This document shows, piece by piece, positions 29,215-38,825 of a DNA stretch of 64,000 nt. The translations under genes and the position numbers were made by a program. The notes under the pieces were generated by a model. The model was not told where the DNA came from and did no database searches. It saw only the letters and a program-made list of their open reading frames with translations. This DNA comes from Candidatus Omnitrophota bacterium (lineage in GTDB: Bacteria; Omnitrophota; Omnitrophia; Omnitrophales; Aquincolibacteriaceae), in NCBI GenBank assembly GCA_903856085.1, contig CAIOAT010000012.1:39020-103019 (forward strand), in the 5' to 3' direction. Position 1 is the stretch's first letter, and each line of letters begins with the position of its first letter.

Positions 29215-29583
29215 ATGGCGCAACCTTCGAAGAAACTCGAGATCTTCAGGAATCCGTATCCTCGCCGGGATTATGATATTGAGATGGATTGTCCGGAATT
29301 CACATGCCTTTGCCCCAAGACAGGGCAACCGGATTTTGCGACGATCCGTATTTGTTATGTGCCCGACGAATTCTGCGTGGAACTGAAAAGTCTCAAGCTC
29401 TATCTCTGGAGCTACCGGAATGAAGGTGCGTTCCATGAAGCCGTCACCAACAGTATCCTGGACGATCTGGTCAAAGCGACCAAGCCCCGACACATGTCGG
29501 TCGAGGCGGACTTTTTCGTACGCGGGGGTATCCATACGGTGATCTCCGTTAACTATTCCAAATCCCGCAAGAAAAAATCCTAA
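29215..29583 (+). CDS. queF: NADPH-dependent preQ0 reductase (unimodular QueF)
   Basis: [32 protein letters not shown]. Confidence 0.95.
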   Translation: MAQPSKKLEIFRNPYPRRDYDIEMDCPEFTCLCPKTGQPDFATIRICYVPDEFCVELKSLKLYLWSYRNEGAFHEAVTNSILDDLVKATKPRHMSVEADFFVRGGIHTVISVNYSKSRKKKS

Positions 29584-29606
29584 AATCTCTCAAGGAGGAA
29601 AATCCC

Positions 29607-30137
29607 ATGGCGCAAGAGCGAAAGAACGCAGTAACTTTTAAAGGTGGACCGCTGACATTGATCGGTCCCGAAATCAAGGTGGGAGACAAAGCTCCGGATT
29701 TTAAGCTTATCGACACGGGCTTGAAGCCTATCACTTTAGCGGATTCCAAGGGGAAAACCCGTTTGATCAGTGTCGTGCCTTCGATCGATACGCCGGTTTG
29801 TGATCTTCAAACGAAGCGCTTCAATCAGGAAGCCTCGAAGCTCCCGGCGAATGTGGCCGTTATCACGGTCAGTATGGACCTTCCGTTTGCTCAAGGCCGA
29901 TGGTGCGGTCTTGCGGGAGCCGACAAAGTTCAGATGCTTTCTGATTACCAGGACCACGCGTTTGGACAGGCGTATGGAGTGCTTATCAAGGAACTCAAGC
30001 TTCTCTCCCGCGCTGTTTTTGTAATCGGGCCGGATGACAAGGTACAGTATGTCGAATACGTCAAAGAGGTTACCGAGCATCCGGATTACGACAAGGCACT
30101 GCAATCCCTCAAACCGAAGTCCTGCTGCTGTGGGTAA
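29607..30137 (+). CDS. tpx: Thiol peroxidase (atypical 2-Cys Tpx)
   Basis: VTFKGGP, SVVPSIDTPVC, DLPFAQGRWC, HPDYD. Confidence 0.93.
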   Translation: MAQERKNAVTFKGGPLTLIGPEIKVGDKAPDFKLIDTGLKPITLADSKGKTRLISVVPSIDTPVCDLQTKRFNQEASKLPANVAVITVSMDLPFAQGRWCGLAGADKVQMLSDYQDHAFGQAYGVLIKELKLLSRAVFVIGPDDKVQYVEYVKEVTEHPDYDKALQSLKPKSCCCG

Positions 30138-30138
30138 G

Positions 30139-30561
30139 ATGATTCGGACTCCGGGTCACGGACCATGTACCACGTGGCCCGTGGCGCGTGGGGCATGGCG
30201 CATCGGTTTTTTTTGTGTGCTGGGCATTGCCCTGGTCTTGTTTTATTTTTCTCCGCTTTGCAGGGCAGATATTCCGGGCATGAAAACACTTTCCGCTCAT
30301 GTGGCGAAGGTCGCCGCGGATGGAGCCAGCCTTGATGTGGATTTTCGCCATCCTGCGACAAAGGACATCCACCGCCTTACCTTTTACGTTGATAATCAAA
30401 CGGGTCTGAGTGGTTTTGATAAGCTTCAGGAACTGCGTGCCGGACAGGTTGTGAGCATCGATTACGTGGAAGGTGAAAAACACCGTCTTCTTATACGCCA
30501 TATCGCGCGTGTTAAACTTTCCGGTCCTCCTGCGGGGCTTGAGAACTTCCGTGGCCTCTAG
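30139..30561 (+). CDS. Exported hypothetical protein (possibly OB-fold)
   Basis: Hydrophobic signal segment followed by ELRAGQVVSIDY; start uncertain. Confidence 0.6.
   Translation: MIRTPGHGPCTTWPVARGAWRIGFFCVLGIALVLFYFSPLCRADIPGMKTLSAHVAKVAADGASLDVDFRHPATKDIHRLTFYVDNQTGLSGFDKLQELRAGQVVSIDYVEGEKHRLLIRHIARVKLSGPPAGLENFRGL
30140..30207. repeat. Heptamer-periodic element C3
   Basis: tgattcg gactccg ggtcacg gaccatg taccacg tggcc cgtggcg cgtgggg catggcg catcggt. Confidence 0.65.
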
Positions 30562-31378
30562 TAGTAAACGCGTCCTAGCAGTTTTCTTTATTCTTCTAGC
30601 CTTCTATTTCACCCTCCCTTTGCTTTATGCGAATGACAATGAGGGATCCGATGATCCCATGTCCGTGCGGGATACGACAGGCGAAAATCTTTCTGAAAAG
30701 ACCGATGCGGAACTTATCGGTATGGAACGGGAACTCAAGACGAGGCTCGGCATGGAACCCGGCAACGTGGACCTTTATTACCGGCTCTCGACGGTCTATG
30801 CCACTCTTTTTGACCGGACGCGCAAACAAAAAGGAAATCAGTCCCTGGAGTGGCTCATGAAAAGCCGGGACGCGCTTGACAAGGTTTTGATGATCCGGCC
30901 TGAGGACAAGGTCGCGCATTACAATCTCGGGGTGGTCTATAAACGGCTCGGACAGATGGAGCGTTCTCGCGAAGAGCTCAAGAAAGCGATACGCCTTTGT
31001 GATCCGAAACAGGATGCGTATCTCTTGTCTGCTTCCTGGATCCAGATCGGGTCGGTTTATGAGGAGCAGGGGTTTTTCGATGAGGCCAAAGAGGCCTATC
31101 TCCAGGCGCGTGAGTTCGACTACGGAAATCAGGATATTCAGGAAGCGCTTCGCGATGTGGACGAAAAGCGCAAAGCTCCGGAAAAAGGAGGCGGTTCCTC
31201 GTTCGGGATGCCGTCGATGGGAAGTTCCCTTTCCACCAACCCACAGACCGCGGCGGCGATGGGGCAGGATCCCAATGCGCAAGATCAGGGCGGGATTGCG
31301 CAGGCGCTTCCCGCGTTGGGGCAAATGCTTATGCAGAAATTCAGCGGTGGCGGGGAGGATACGAGTGGAAAAAATTAG
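30551..31378 (+). CDS. Exported TPR-repeat protein
   Basis: AHYNLGVVYKRLG and other TPR helices; signal peptide; probable GTG start. Confidence 0.8.
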   Translation: MASSSKRVLAVFFILLAFYFTLPLLYANDNEGSDDPMSVRDTTGENLSEKTDAELIGMERELKTRLGMEPGNVDLYYRLSTVYATLFDRTRKQKGNQSLEWLMKSRDALDKVLMIRPEDKVAHYNLGVVYKRLGQMERSREELKKAIRLCDPKQDAYLLSASWIQIGSVYEEQGFFDEAKEAYLQAREFDYGNQDIQEALRDVDEKRKAPEKGGGSSFGMPSMGSSLSTNPQTAAAMGQDPNAQDQGGIAQALPALGQMLMQKFSGGGEDTSGKN

Positions 31379-32087
31379 TAAGATCCCCGCGGGTACAAAG
31401 GCAATCCTTCTTGACGCAGGAGGAACACTTTTTCGTCCATTTCCTTCCGTCGGACATTATTACAGCCAAGTGGCCGCCAAACATGGCTGCAAAGTGGGCG
31501 TCAAAGAAGTCGAGGCTGCGTTCCGCCGCGTGTGGAGCGAGCATGACGGGATCGGGGATCTCAGGGGCCAATCGAATGAAAAGGTCGAGAAAGAATTTTG
31601 GCGTAAGATCGTCATGGCGGTCTTCAAGGATTTTAAAGGACTCAAAGCGTTCGATCCTTTTTTTGATGAGCTCCATACCCTTTTTGCCGAACCCGGCGTT
31701 TGGAAGCTTTATCCTGAGGTTGAAGAAGTGCTCCGGGCGCTCAAGGAAAAAAAGTTTATTATCGGGATGGTGTCCAATTGGGACAGCCGGCTTTTGAAAT
31801 TATGCAAGGGTCTTGGGATCGACCGGTATTTCGATTTCAAAGTTATCTCGGCGGTTTTCGGTGTGGCCAAGCCAGACCCCAAAATTTTTAGAGAAGCTTT
31901 AACGCAAGCGAATGTTCACGCGGACGATGCGGTGCATATCGGCGACAGCCTGGAGGACGATGTTCGTGGCGCGCATCTGGCCGGCATCAAGGCCCTCTGG
32001 CTTGATCGTTCAAACCGGCATGGGACCTTGACCCAGGATCATCAGGATTTCGTGACCGTGATCCGCGATCTGAGAGAACTTATCTAG
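31365..32087 (+). CDS. HAD-IA family hydrolase (REG-2-like)
   Basis: LDAGGTL, VSNWD, KPDPKIF, HIGDSLEDDVRGA; GTG start after GGGGAGG. Confidence 0.88.
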   Translation: MEKISKIPAGTKAILLDAGGTLFRPFPSVGHYYSQVAAKHGCKVGVKEVEAAFRRVWSEHDGIGDLRGQSNEKVEKEFWRKIVMAVFKDFKGLKAFDPFFDELHTLFAEPGVWKLYPEVEEVLRALKEKKFIIGMVSNWDSRLLKLCKGLGIDRYFDFKVISAVFGVAKPDPKIFREALTQANVHADDAVHIGDSLEDDVRGAHLAGIKALWLDRSNRHGTLTQDHQDFVTVIRDLRELI

Positions 32088-32112
32088 ACCCTAGCCGCAA
32101 GGAAAGGCGCAA

Positions 32113-33012
32113 ATGAAGAAGATCCTAGCGATGCTTACGATAGCCAGTTTTCTCTTTTCCGGCAATGCTGTGTATGGTGCCGGAACCGAGAAGGAAGTTT
32201 TTTTGAAGGGAGTGGCCGATGCTCAGCAGGGAAACTACCGCGTGGCCATCAAGGAATTCAGCAATGCTATTAAAATCAAACCTGATTTTGCGGAAGCGTA
32301 CCATAACCGGGGTCTTGTTTATTATCTGAAAGGGCAGGGAGACAAGGCGCTCGCGGATTTCAATAAAGCTTTGGAAATAAAGCCCGGGCTTGCGGAAACT
32401 TATTTTTACAGGGCAAGTCTCTTCGATTCCAAGAACGATCTGACGCGAGCTCTTGCGGACTATTCAAGAGTTATCGAAATAAAACCGGATTTTGCACCAG
32501 CCTACTCTGGCCGCGGCATTATTTATTCTAAAAAGAGCGATTTTGATCGCGCCCTTTCTGATTTTAATAAAGCCCTTCAGCTCCAGCCGGCCTCTGGCAG
32601 AGATTATTATTTACGGGGGAAAGTTTATTTATCCCAAAAGGTTTTTGATAAAGCGATTGCCGACTACGATCAAGCGATCCAGAGGGATCCTAAAGATGTC
32701 AGCGCCTATTGTGACCGGGGATGGGCCTATCAGGAGACGGGGGATTTTAAGCAAGCTCTCGCCGATGATACGAAGGCTCTTTCACTGGACCCGAAGTACA
32801 GCTGGGCTTATTATGACCGGGCGTTGGGTTTATTTAGAACAGGAAAATATGAAGCTGCGCTTTCTGATTACAAAAGGGCCGTGAAATTGAATTCGAAGGG
32901 CGCGCGGGATGCGTATCAAGAGTTCGTGAAACATGAGGACTCCCCCAAAAATCCAAAGGCCAAAGAGGTCGCCCAAGCCATTCAAGATCTATTGAAATCC
33001 CATCGTGGTTGA
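32113..33012 (+). CDS. Exported TPR-repeat protein
   Basis: About 7 canonical 34-aa TPRs (AYHNRG...ALADFNKALEIKP). Confidence 0.92.
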   Translation: MKKILAMLTIASFLFSGNAVYGAGTEKEVFLKGVADAQQGNYRVAIKEFSNAIKIKPDFAEAYHNRGLVYYLKGQGDKALADFNKALEIKPGLAETYFYRASLFDSKNDLTRALADYSRVIEIKPDFAPAYSGRGIIYSKKSDFDRALSDFNKALQLQPASGRDYYLRGKVYLSQKVFDKAIADYDQAIQRDPKDVSAYCDRGWAYQETGDFKQALADDTKALSLDPKYSWAYYDRALGLFRTGKYEAALSDYKRAVKLNSKGARDAYQEFVKHEDSPKNPKAKEVAQAIQDLLKSHRG

Positions 33013-33034
33013 TAAGGATAAATTTAAAGGACTT

Positions 33035-33655
33035 ATGGCAGAGCCTAAAAATATTCTCGTGTTGGACGTTGAAACGCAGAAATCATTTAAGGAGATCGGG
33101 AAATCAAAGGCGATGAGCCTTTCGAAACTAAAGGTCTCAGTGGTTTGCACCTACGATTATCTTACGGATCAGTATGCGTCCTACGAAGAAAAAGATATGG
33201 TGAGATTCGAGCAGAGACTCCAGACCGCGGATCTTCTTATCGGGTTCAATATCCGGCGTTTCGACATGGCAGTGCTGCAACCGTATCTTTTTAAAACGGT
33301 CGACCAATTTCCTGTTCTCGATTTGCTGGATGATATCGAAAAGGCACGCGGACACCGGGTGAGTCTTGACAGTGTGGCGCGCGCAACGGTCAAGGAAGGG
33401 AAGTCCGGCGATGGGGCCGAAGCGCTCGTTCTTTTTAAAGAAGGTCGGATGGAGGAACTCAAGAAGTATTGTCTGGATGATGTGCGTCTGACGAAGAATG
33501 TTTACGAGTATGGCTGTCGCGAAGGGAAGATCCATTTTACTTCGACCTGGGATTTCAAAACCTACGAGATTCCGGTGAATTGGAAACAGGCGACCGGAGA
33601 ATTTCTGCAGAAAAAAAGTACGCCGAAAACTGATTTCCCAACGAGTTTGTTTTAA
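33035..33655 (+). CDS. YprB-like RNase H-fold (DEDD) exonuclease
   Basis: LDVETQ, IGFNIRRFD, SLDSVA, YCLDDVRLT. Confidence 0.82.
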   Translation: MAEPKNILVLDVETQKSFKEIGKSKAMSLSKLKVSVVCTYDYLTDQYASYEEKDMVRFEQRLQTADLLIGFNIRRFDMAVLQPYLFKTVDQFPVLDLLDDIEKARGHRVSLDSVARATVKEGKSGDGAEALVLFKEGRMEELKKYCLDDVRLTKNVYEYGCREGKIHFTSTWDFKTYEIPVNWKQATGEFLQKKSTPKTDFPTSLF

Positions 33656-33661
33656 TAAATT

Positions 33662-33708
33662 GTGCACGGGCCATGATCTATGGGTGGCGTGGCACGCGGG
33701 GCGTAGGG
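33662..33708. repeat. Heptamer-periodic element C4
   Basis: gtgcacg ggccatg atctatg ggtgg cgtggca cgcgggg cgtaggg. Confidence 0.6.
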
Positions 33709-33758
33709 TTCTCTGTAGCGTTGAGCGTTTCACTCTAACCATCTAGGACTTAGAGATA

Positions 33759-34967
33759 ATGATCGAGCTTAGTCAGTCCCCCTTCATTTTTGTGAGTGTT
33801 TTTTTTCTCGGTCTTGGCTTGAACCTTACGCCGTGTATCTATCCCATGCTTTCCATTACGATCTCTCTTTTCAGGGGATCAGCGCATGAATCCCGCGGCC
33901 ATGCGTTCGTGAAGGCACTCGCCTATGTGCTCGGTATGGTGACTATGTACAGTGTTCTGGGACTCGCTGCGGCTATGACCGGGAGTTTTTTCGGCGAATG
34001 GCTCCAGAATTTTTGGGTGCAGCTGGCGACGGGGATTCTGGTCATAGGTCTCGCATTCAGCATGCTCGGACTTTATCAGTTTCGTTTGCCCTCGTGGCTT
34101 ATGCCTTCCCGTCAGGGAGTGGCCCAAGGCACCTTGCTTAGTTTTTTTATCTCAGGGCTTTTGGTGGGGATTATTGCAGCGCCGTGTATGGGGCCCGCAG
34201 TGCTGGCACTTCTCGCTTTTGTGAGCGTGCAGCAAAACAGGCTCTTTGGTTTTTCGCTCTTCTTTGTCATGGCGCTCGGTCTCGGACTTCCTTATCTTGT
34301 GTTGGGGACTTTTTCCGGGCTTCTTGCAAAACTGCCCAAGGCGGGTGCGTGGCTCGTCTGGTTCGAACGGTTGATGGGCGTGGTGCTTCTGACGTTCGGG
34401 GTTTTTTATGTCGCGATCGCCTTCCAATGGCCATTTCTGAAGTGGATCGTGCCGGCAGCGTTTGTGGCAGGAGGTCTTTATCTCGGGTGGATCGAGAAAT
34501 CAGCGCGGCTTTCGAAGAATTTTTTTGCCTTTCAATGGATCTTAGGATCTCTCGCCGTTGCGATCGGTCTCTTCATTTTTTTTACACCCAAGAGCGGAGT
34601 CGTGTGGGAAAAATATCACGCGGGTATTCTTGAGGAGGCCCGGTCAGCGGGGCAGCCGGTGATTCTTGATTTTTACGCGGATTGGTGCATCCCGTGCCAT
34701 GAGTTGGACCAGTTCACGTATTCGGATCCTCGGGTTATTAAAACTCTGGGACGTTTCCGAAGAATCAAGGTGGATGCCACTTCCTTGGATACGGATGAGA
34801 TCCGCGAGGCGATACGCCGGTTTGATGTGTTCGGTGTCCCAACAATAGTTTTCCTGGACGAAAAGGGTGCGGAGGTCCAGGCGCTGCGTATGAACGGTTA
34901 TGTCGAGCCTGCGGAGTTTACGGATGATATCCGTTCTTCCAGACTGGAAAAGTATATTGGCGATTAA
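33759..34967 (+). CDS. dsbD: Thiol:disulfide interchange protein (DsbD TM + thioredoxin domains, no alpha domain)
   Basis: LTPCIYPM, AAPCMGP, LPKAGAW, DFYADWCIPC. Confidence 0.85.
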   Translation: MIELSQSPFIFVSVFFLGLGLNLTPCIYPMLSITISLFRGSAHESRGHAFVKALAYVLGMVTMYSVLGLAAAMTGSFFGEWLQNFWVQLATGILVIGLAFSMLGLYQFRLPSWLMPSRQGVAQGTLLSFFISGLLVGIIAAPCMGPAVLALLAFVSVQQNRLFGFSLFFVMALGLGLPYLVLGTFSGLLAKLPKAGAWLVWFERLMGVVLLTFGVFYVAIAFQWPFLKWIVPAAFVAGGLYLGWIEKSARLSKNFFAFQWILGSLAVAIGLFIFFTPKSGVVWEKYHAGILEEARSAGQPVILDFYADWCIPCHELDQFTYSDPRVIKTLGRFRRIKVDATSLDTDEIREAIRRFDVFGVPTIVFLDEKGAEVQALRMNGYVEPAEFTDDIRSSRLEKYIGD

Positions 34968-34994
34968 TTCGTACGCCGCGCTTCGCACGCAATC

Positions 34995-35023
34995 TTGACA
35001 AAGGCGGGGAGAGCTTCTATCCT
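34995..35023 (+). promoter_or_regulatory. Putative sigma70 promoter upstream of lptF
   Basis: TTGACA-17 nt-TATCCT. Confidence 0.5.
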
Positions 35024-35104
35024 TGTCTGAGATTTTTTTCTAAACGGTTGACAAGGGTTGCCCCAATTTCAGAAAATCTGAAATTGATAGGAATTGAGAC
35101 TAAG
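35013..35104 (+). repeat. Family B copy 2
   Basis: ATCCTTGTC/GACAAGGGT stem; AGGGTTGCCCCAATTTCA (18 nt) identical to copy 1; CAATTTCAGA-AAA-TCTGAAATTG; GAGACTAAG. Confidence 0.7.
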
Positions 35105-35148
35105 ATACTGTAATTCATGTTCGCGAAACCCCAGAGAAATTGTTCAAA

Positions 35149-36249
35149 ATGAAAATTCTCCAGCGTTATGTTCTAAAAGAACTGCTTTTGCCATGTCTTC
35201 TTTGTTTTACGGTCCTGTGCTTCATCTTTATGGCCGCAAATTTAGTCAAGATGGCCGACATGATCATCGGGCGCGGCGTACCGTTCGTTCAGACCCTTTA
35301 TATCCTCGCACTCGTGTTGCCTACTGCGGTCAGCTGGGCCGCACCGATGAGCCTTCTGACGGGGGTGCTGATCGTGTTTGGAAGCTTTTCCCAACACAAT
35401 GAATTCCGGGCGATGAAGGCCTCCGGAGTGCATCCTCTGAAATTCATGATGCCTCCGCTACTCTTAGGGCTTGCACTTAGCATGTTGATGTTCGTTTTTA
35501 ATGATCAGGTCGGTCCCGCAGCCCGTTTTGAATTTCGCAAGGCTACCAAGAAAATGATTATGAAACATCCGATGGCGCTGATCGAGCCGGGCCGCTTCGT
35601 GAAGATCAGTGCGAACATCCTTTTTTTGGCGAAACGAGTCGAAGGCAACGAAATGAAGGATATCGTGGCGCATGAAGGTGTGGATTCGGAAAATCCTGTG
35701 AGGACGATCGTTGCAGAAAGTGGCCAGATCCTGATGGACCCCAACACCGGACAGCTCGAGGTTCAGCTTTTCAACGGGAGTATTTCGGAATCGCAGGATA
35801 AGGGGATCCAGTCGGTGCAGTTTAAGACCTACAAGTTTCCGACCATGGATGAAGACGATATCCGCAATATGGGCAAAAAGAAAAAGGATATGACCCTAGC
35901 CGAGCTTCTCGTGGAAATTACAGAATTTTTGACAGACCTTTCGAGCAAGGCGGATCAAAAGGACCTTCGCGGGCTTTGGGTCACTTTTCATCAGAGGATC
36001 GCTTTCTCATTCGCGTCACTTGTGTTCATGTTCATCGGAATTCCGATCGCGGTGATCGTTAAACGAGGGGAAGTAGTGGTCAGTTTCGGAATCTCGATGG
36101 CGGCCATGGGGATTTATTATATTCTTTTCGCGATAGCCCAGACTCTCGCGTCACGCGGCGGTCTGCCGCTCATAATCAGTCTTTGGCTTCCGAACATCAT
36201 TTTGATCGGAGCCGGGATGGTCCTTCTCCGGAAAGCCATTCTTTCCTAG
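35149..36249 (+). CDS. lptF: LPS export ABC permease, LptF/LptG family
   Basis: KILQRYVLKE, NEFRAMKASGV, 3+3 TM layout with a periplasmic domain, WLPN. Confidence 0.85.
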   Translation: MKILQRYVLKELLLPCLLCFTVLCFIFMAANLVKMADMIIGRGVPFVQTLYILALVLPTAVSWAAPMSLLTGVLIVFGSFSQHNEFRAMKASGVHPLKFMMPPLLLGLALSMLMFVFNDQVGPAARFEFRKATKKMIMKHPMALIEPGRFVKISANILFLAKRVEGNEMKDIVAHEGVDSENPVRTIVAESGQILMDPNTGQLEVQLFNGSISESQDKGIQSVQFKTYKFPTMDEDDIRNMGKKKKDMTLAELLVEITEFLTDLSSKADQKDLRGLWVTFHQRIAFSFASLVFMFIGIPIAVIVKRGEVVVSFGISMAAMGIYYILFAIAQTLASRGGLPLIISLWLPNIILIGAGMVLLRKAILS

Positions 36250-36402
36250 CGCCGCCGGCTATTTTTTTACAGATTTAACGGTGCAATTTTGATTCCTAAT
36301 CCTTTTAAATCAGTAGGGAATCAGGGGAGTCCTACGAGCCCTAAGAATCCATAGCTGCTTAGCGCGAGTACGTCGTCAGGATTTAAATCAGGTGACACGG
36401 TG

Positions 36403-37215
36403 CTAGCATTTTATTTTCACATAATCCTCAACCCGAGTCTTCCAGCCCTTCAGCCGTTTGGAGCAATCTTTTTCGGGAGGGGCGTTCTTGACCCTGTTTT
36501 CAAGGACCTTTTTTGCTGCCCGCACGAATTCTTTCAAGGAGTCCTCTTTTTTTTTGGGGATGCGCATTTCTTCCAGAACCTGAAGCAGCCCCCAGCCTTG
36601 TCCTTGCGATCTTTCGGTTTCCAGAATGCCTTCCCCTTTAAAATTTACATAATCGATCAGGGCGAACATCCCCTTAGGATCATCCGCGATCTCCTTGAAT
36701 TTCAGTTCGATCTCAGAGCGTTTTTCCTCAGGGATCGCTGTCAGCATCCGGGGAAGGATCCCCTTGACCCTGCGGATAATGAATTGAGTTTGGAACCCCT
36801 GGGTTTTTCCCAGGAAATTCTTGAGAGCAGCCATGCGGTCGCTTGAGAGGTCGCTTAAGAATTCTTCGCGGCTCTGCCACGGGGCTTCTCGCGTCGGTAG
36901 GACTTTGATCCACGCGGGGATTTCCGTTTTTTGAGCCTCCAGAAAGGAGAGAAATTCCGGGAACAGGGCTTGGTAAGGGCCTTTTGTTCCTTTGGGATAC
37001 CAGAGAAAATGCCCAAGTCCGAACGAGGGAAAAGCCTCATCGGCATTCCAGGTGACCATTCGTTCTACGCGACCCGAGCATTCATTGAAAAAGATCATTT
37101 TTTGAAGGCAACCCAATTCATCCGCAGTCATCGGAGCCTCTTGAGATCGGGCCCAGAGGGAGGTGGTCGCGGAAAGGGCCCATAAGCAAAAAAACCCCAT
37201 TACGAATGGTTTCAT
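36403..37215 (-). CDS. Exported conserved hypothetical protein
   Basis: Signal peptide; conserved-looking WNADEAFPSFGLGHFLWYP, ALIDYVNFKGEG, GWGLLQVL; SD GGGGAG. Confidence 0.78.
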   Translation of the reverse strand: MKPFVMGFFCLWALSATTSLWARSQEAPMTADELGCLQKMIFFNECSGRVERMVTWNADEAFPSFGLGHFLWYPKGTKGPYQALFPEFLSFLEAQKTEIPAWIKVLPTREAPWQSREEFLSDLSSDRMAALKNFLGKTQGFQTQFIIRRVKGILPRMLTAIPEEKRSEIELKFKEIADDPKGMFALIDYVNFKGEGILETERSQGQGWGLLQVLEEMRIPKKKEDSLKEFVRAAKKVLENRVKNAPPEKDCSKRLKGWKTRVEDYVKIKC

Positions 37216-37321
37216 GATCTCCCCGGCATCAGTCTTTTAAGAAAAAACGGAAATATTTTTGATCGCCTGAAGGATTTTAACTTTGGGGTCTTCGAAATAC
37301 AATCGAAGAATCAAAAAAAGG

Positions 37322-38314
37322 TCAGATCTTCAGAAGACGGCAAAGATCCGCGGGGGTTTTGATAAAAAAATCAGGTTTGACGGACTCGAGCTCTTTGGTA
37401 GCCTGGAAGGGGTTGGCGGCGAGCATGGGAAAAGCGACGGAACGGATGGCGAGGGAGGATTTCGCGCGGTTCGCGGCGAGAACATCGTCGGGGAGATCGC
37501 CGACGTAGAGAAACTTCTTTTTGGCGCCGAGAGCTTGCGCGGTCCTAAGAATTGAAAAAGGATGGGGTTTGCGAAGGGATTCCTTTTTCTCCCGCTCTTC
37601 TTTTTTGACATCATCCATGGTTGTCATGGCATCAAAAAGGTCGGCGATACCGAAATGTTTGAGTGCGTGGGAAGCTTCATAAAGGGGGCGGCCAGTTGCG
37701 ATTCCGAGTTTCAGGCCGTGGCTTTTGAGCTTTTCCAGAATCGGGCGTTTGAAAACAAGTTTTTCTCGGTGGATGAGGCCGCGTTTTTTCCAATAGCGCA
37801 TTCTGTTCATGGTCACACGCGGAAAAATGTCTTTGCCGAGGTAGACTTCCTGGAAAATACGGGCCACTTTTTCGATGGTCACGGTTGTGGGGCGGCCGAA
37901 AAGTGCGGTAATGCCGGATACCCTGAGGGGTCTTTGTTTAACGCTTTTGGCGAATTTTTCGATCGCGACTGACTTTTTTAGCGCTTCGAGGGTCCTGTTT
38001 TTGACTGGAAGCGACAGGAGGTACACGAGCAGGCCGTAACAGCAGTCCCAATCGTCATTGAGTCCGCCCAAAAGCTTGAATTGGTCCACGTCTTCGGGGG
38101 TGAGAAGGCTCGGGAATTTTCCTCCGGTCGAGCGGCTGAAGAAAGGAATGGGGCCGTGCGTCAGATAGAGCTCTACGGTGTTACGAATGGCCTCCAGATA
38201 CGACAGACGGGTATCTACAAGGACATTGTCGATGTCAAAAATGATGGCGTCCGCTTGAACTTTTTCAACCAGGGGGTGTTGGACGGGCAGTCTCGAAGGA
38301 ACTTTCTGTTTCAT
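37322..38314 (-). CDS. HAD family hydrolase (TIGR01548-like)
   Basis: IFDIDNVLVD, GGLNDDWD, IATGRP, KPHP, YVGDLPDD. Confidence 0.85.
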   Translation of the reverse strand: MKQKVPSRLPVQHPLVEKVQADAIIFDIDNVLVDTRLSYLEAIRNTVELYLTHGPIPFFSRSTGGKFPSLLTPEDVDQFKLLGGLNDDWDCCYGLLVYLLSLPVKNRTLEALKKSVAIEKFAKSVKQRPLRVSGITALFGRPTTVTIEKVARIFQEVYLGKDIFPRVTMNRMRYWKKRGLIHREKLVFKRPILEKLKSHGLKLGIATGRPLYEASHALKHFGIADLFDAMTTMDDVKKEEREKKESLRKPHPFSILRTAQALGAKKKFLYVGDLPDDVLAANRAKSSLAIRSVAFPMLAANPFQATKELESVKPDFFIKTPADLCRLLKI

Positions 38315-38525
38315 GCGTTCAGTTTACGCCTTGAAGGGGGTCCTGTAAAGAATGATTTGGGTTCCTTTTTTGGGCCGCAACCGCACTTGTGTGTTCGCGC
38401 GAAGCTGTGCTAATATACCCGCCCTCGTATCCGGCTGCGGGCAGGAAAGCCCTGCGCTCTGTACGGTTCGGGGCGCCCTCATTCAGATTGATTTTTCAGC
38501 GTTGCTTCTTTTTTGAGATTATCAT

Positions 38526-38599
38526 GCCGGGGTAGCTCAGTTGGCTAGAGCGAGGGACTCATAAGCCCTAGGTCGCCAGTTCAATCCTGGCCCCCGGCA
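38526..38599 (+). tRNA. tRNA with CAT anticodon, most likely elongator tRNA-Met (Ile2 not excluded); CCA not encoded
   Basis: Full cloverleaf: GCCGGGG/CCCCGGC, GCTC/GAGC, loop CTCATAA, GCCAG-TTCAATC-CTGGC, discriminator A. Confidence 0.93.
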
Positions 38600-38825
38600 T
38601 TGACTCGCATCATTTTGACGGAATGAAAAGCAGTCAGGTCTGTCCTTGTTTTTGATAATATTTTCATAAGAACAAGTCCGACAGCATTTCTGTTCTGGCG
38701 TGCGGCCCGGGCTTTTACGAAACGATACAAGGCTGTTAGTACCGCACTCATTCTTTTGTTTGTTCTGATGCGTATGCCGTAAATTTTACCCTTCCTCGGA
38801 TGTGCTGAATGCCAATGATTTATTT

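Noticed and set aside
30999-31364. Arg-rich N-terminal extension of the HAD ORF overlapping the TPR gene
   Set aside because: Off-frame read of the TPR gene; a GTG with a strong SD at 31365 fits the HAD domain start
36272-36300. dif site (ATTTAAC start)
   Set aside because: Only 7 nt match the XerD arm; there is no ATAA-N6-TTAT core
38526-38800. Genomic island integrated at the tRNA
   Set aside because: No integrase and no duplicated tRNA 3' end seen; core genes tilS-ftsH-folP follow
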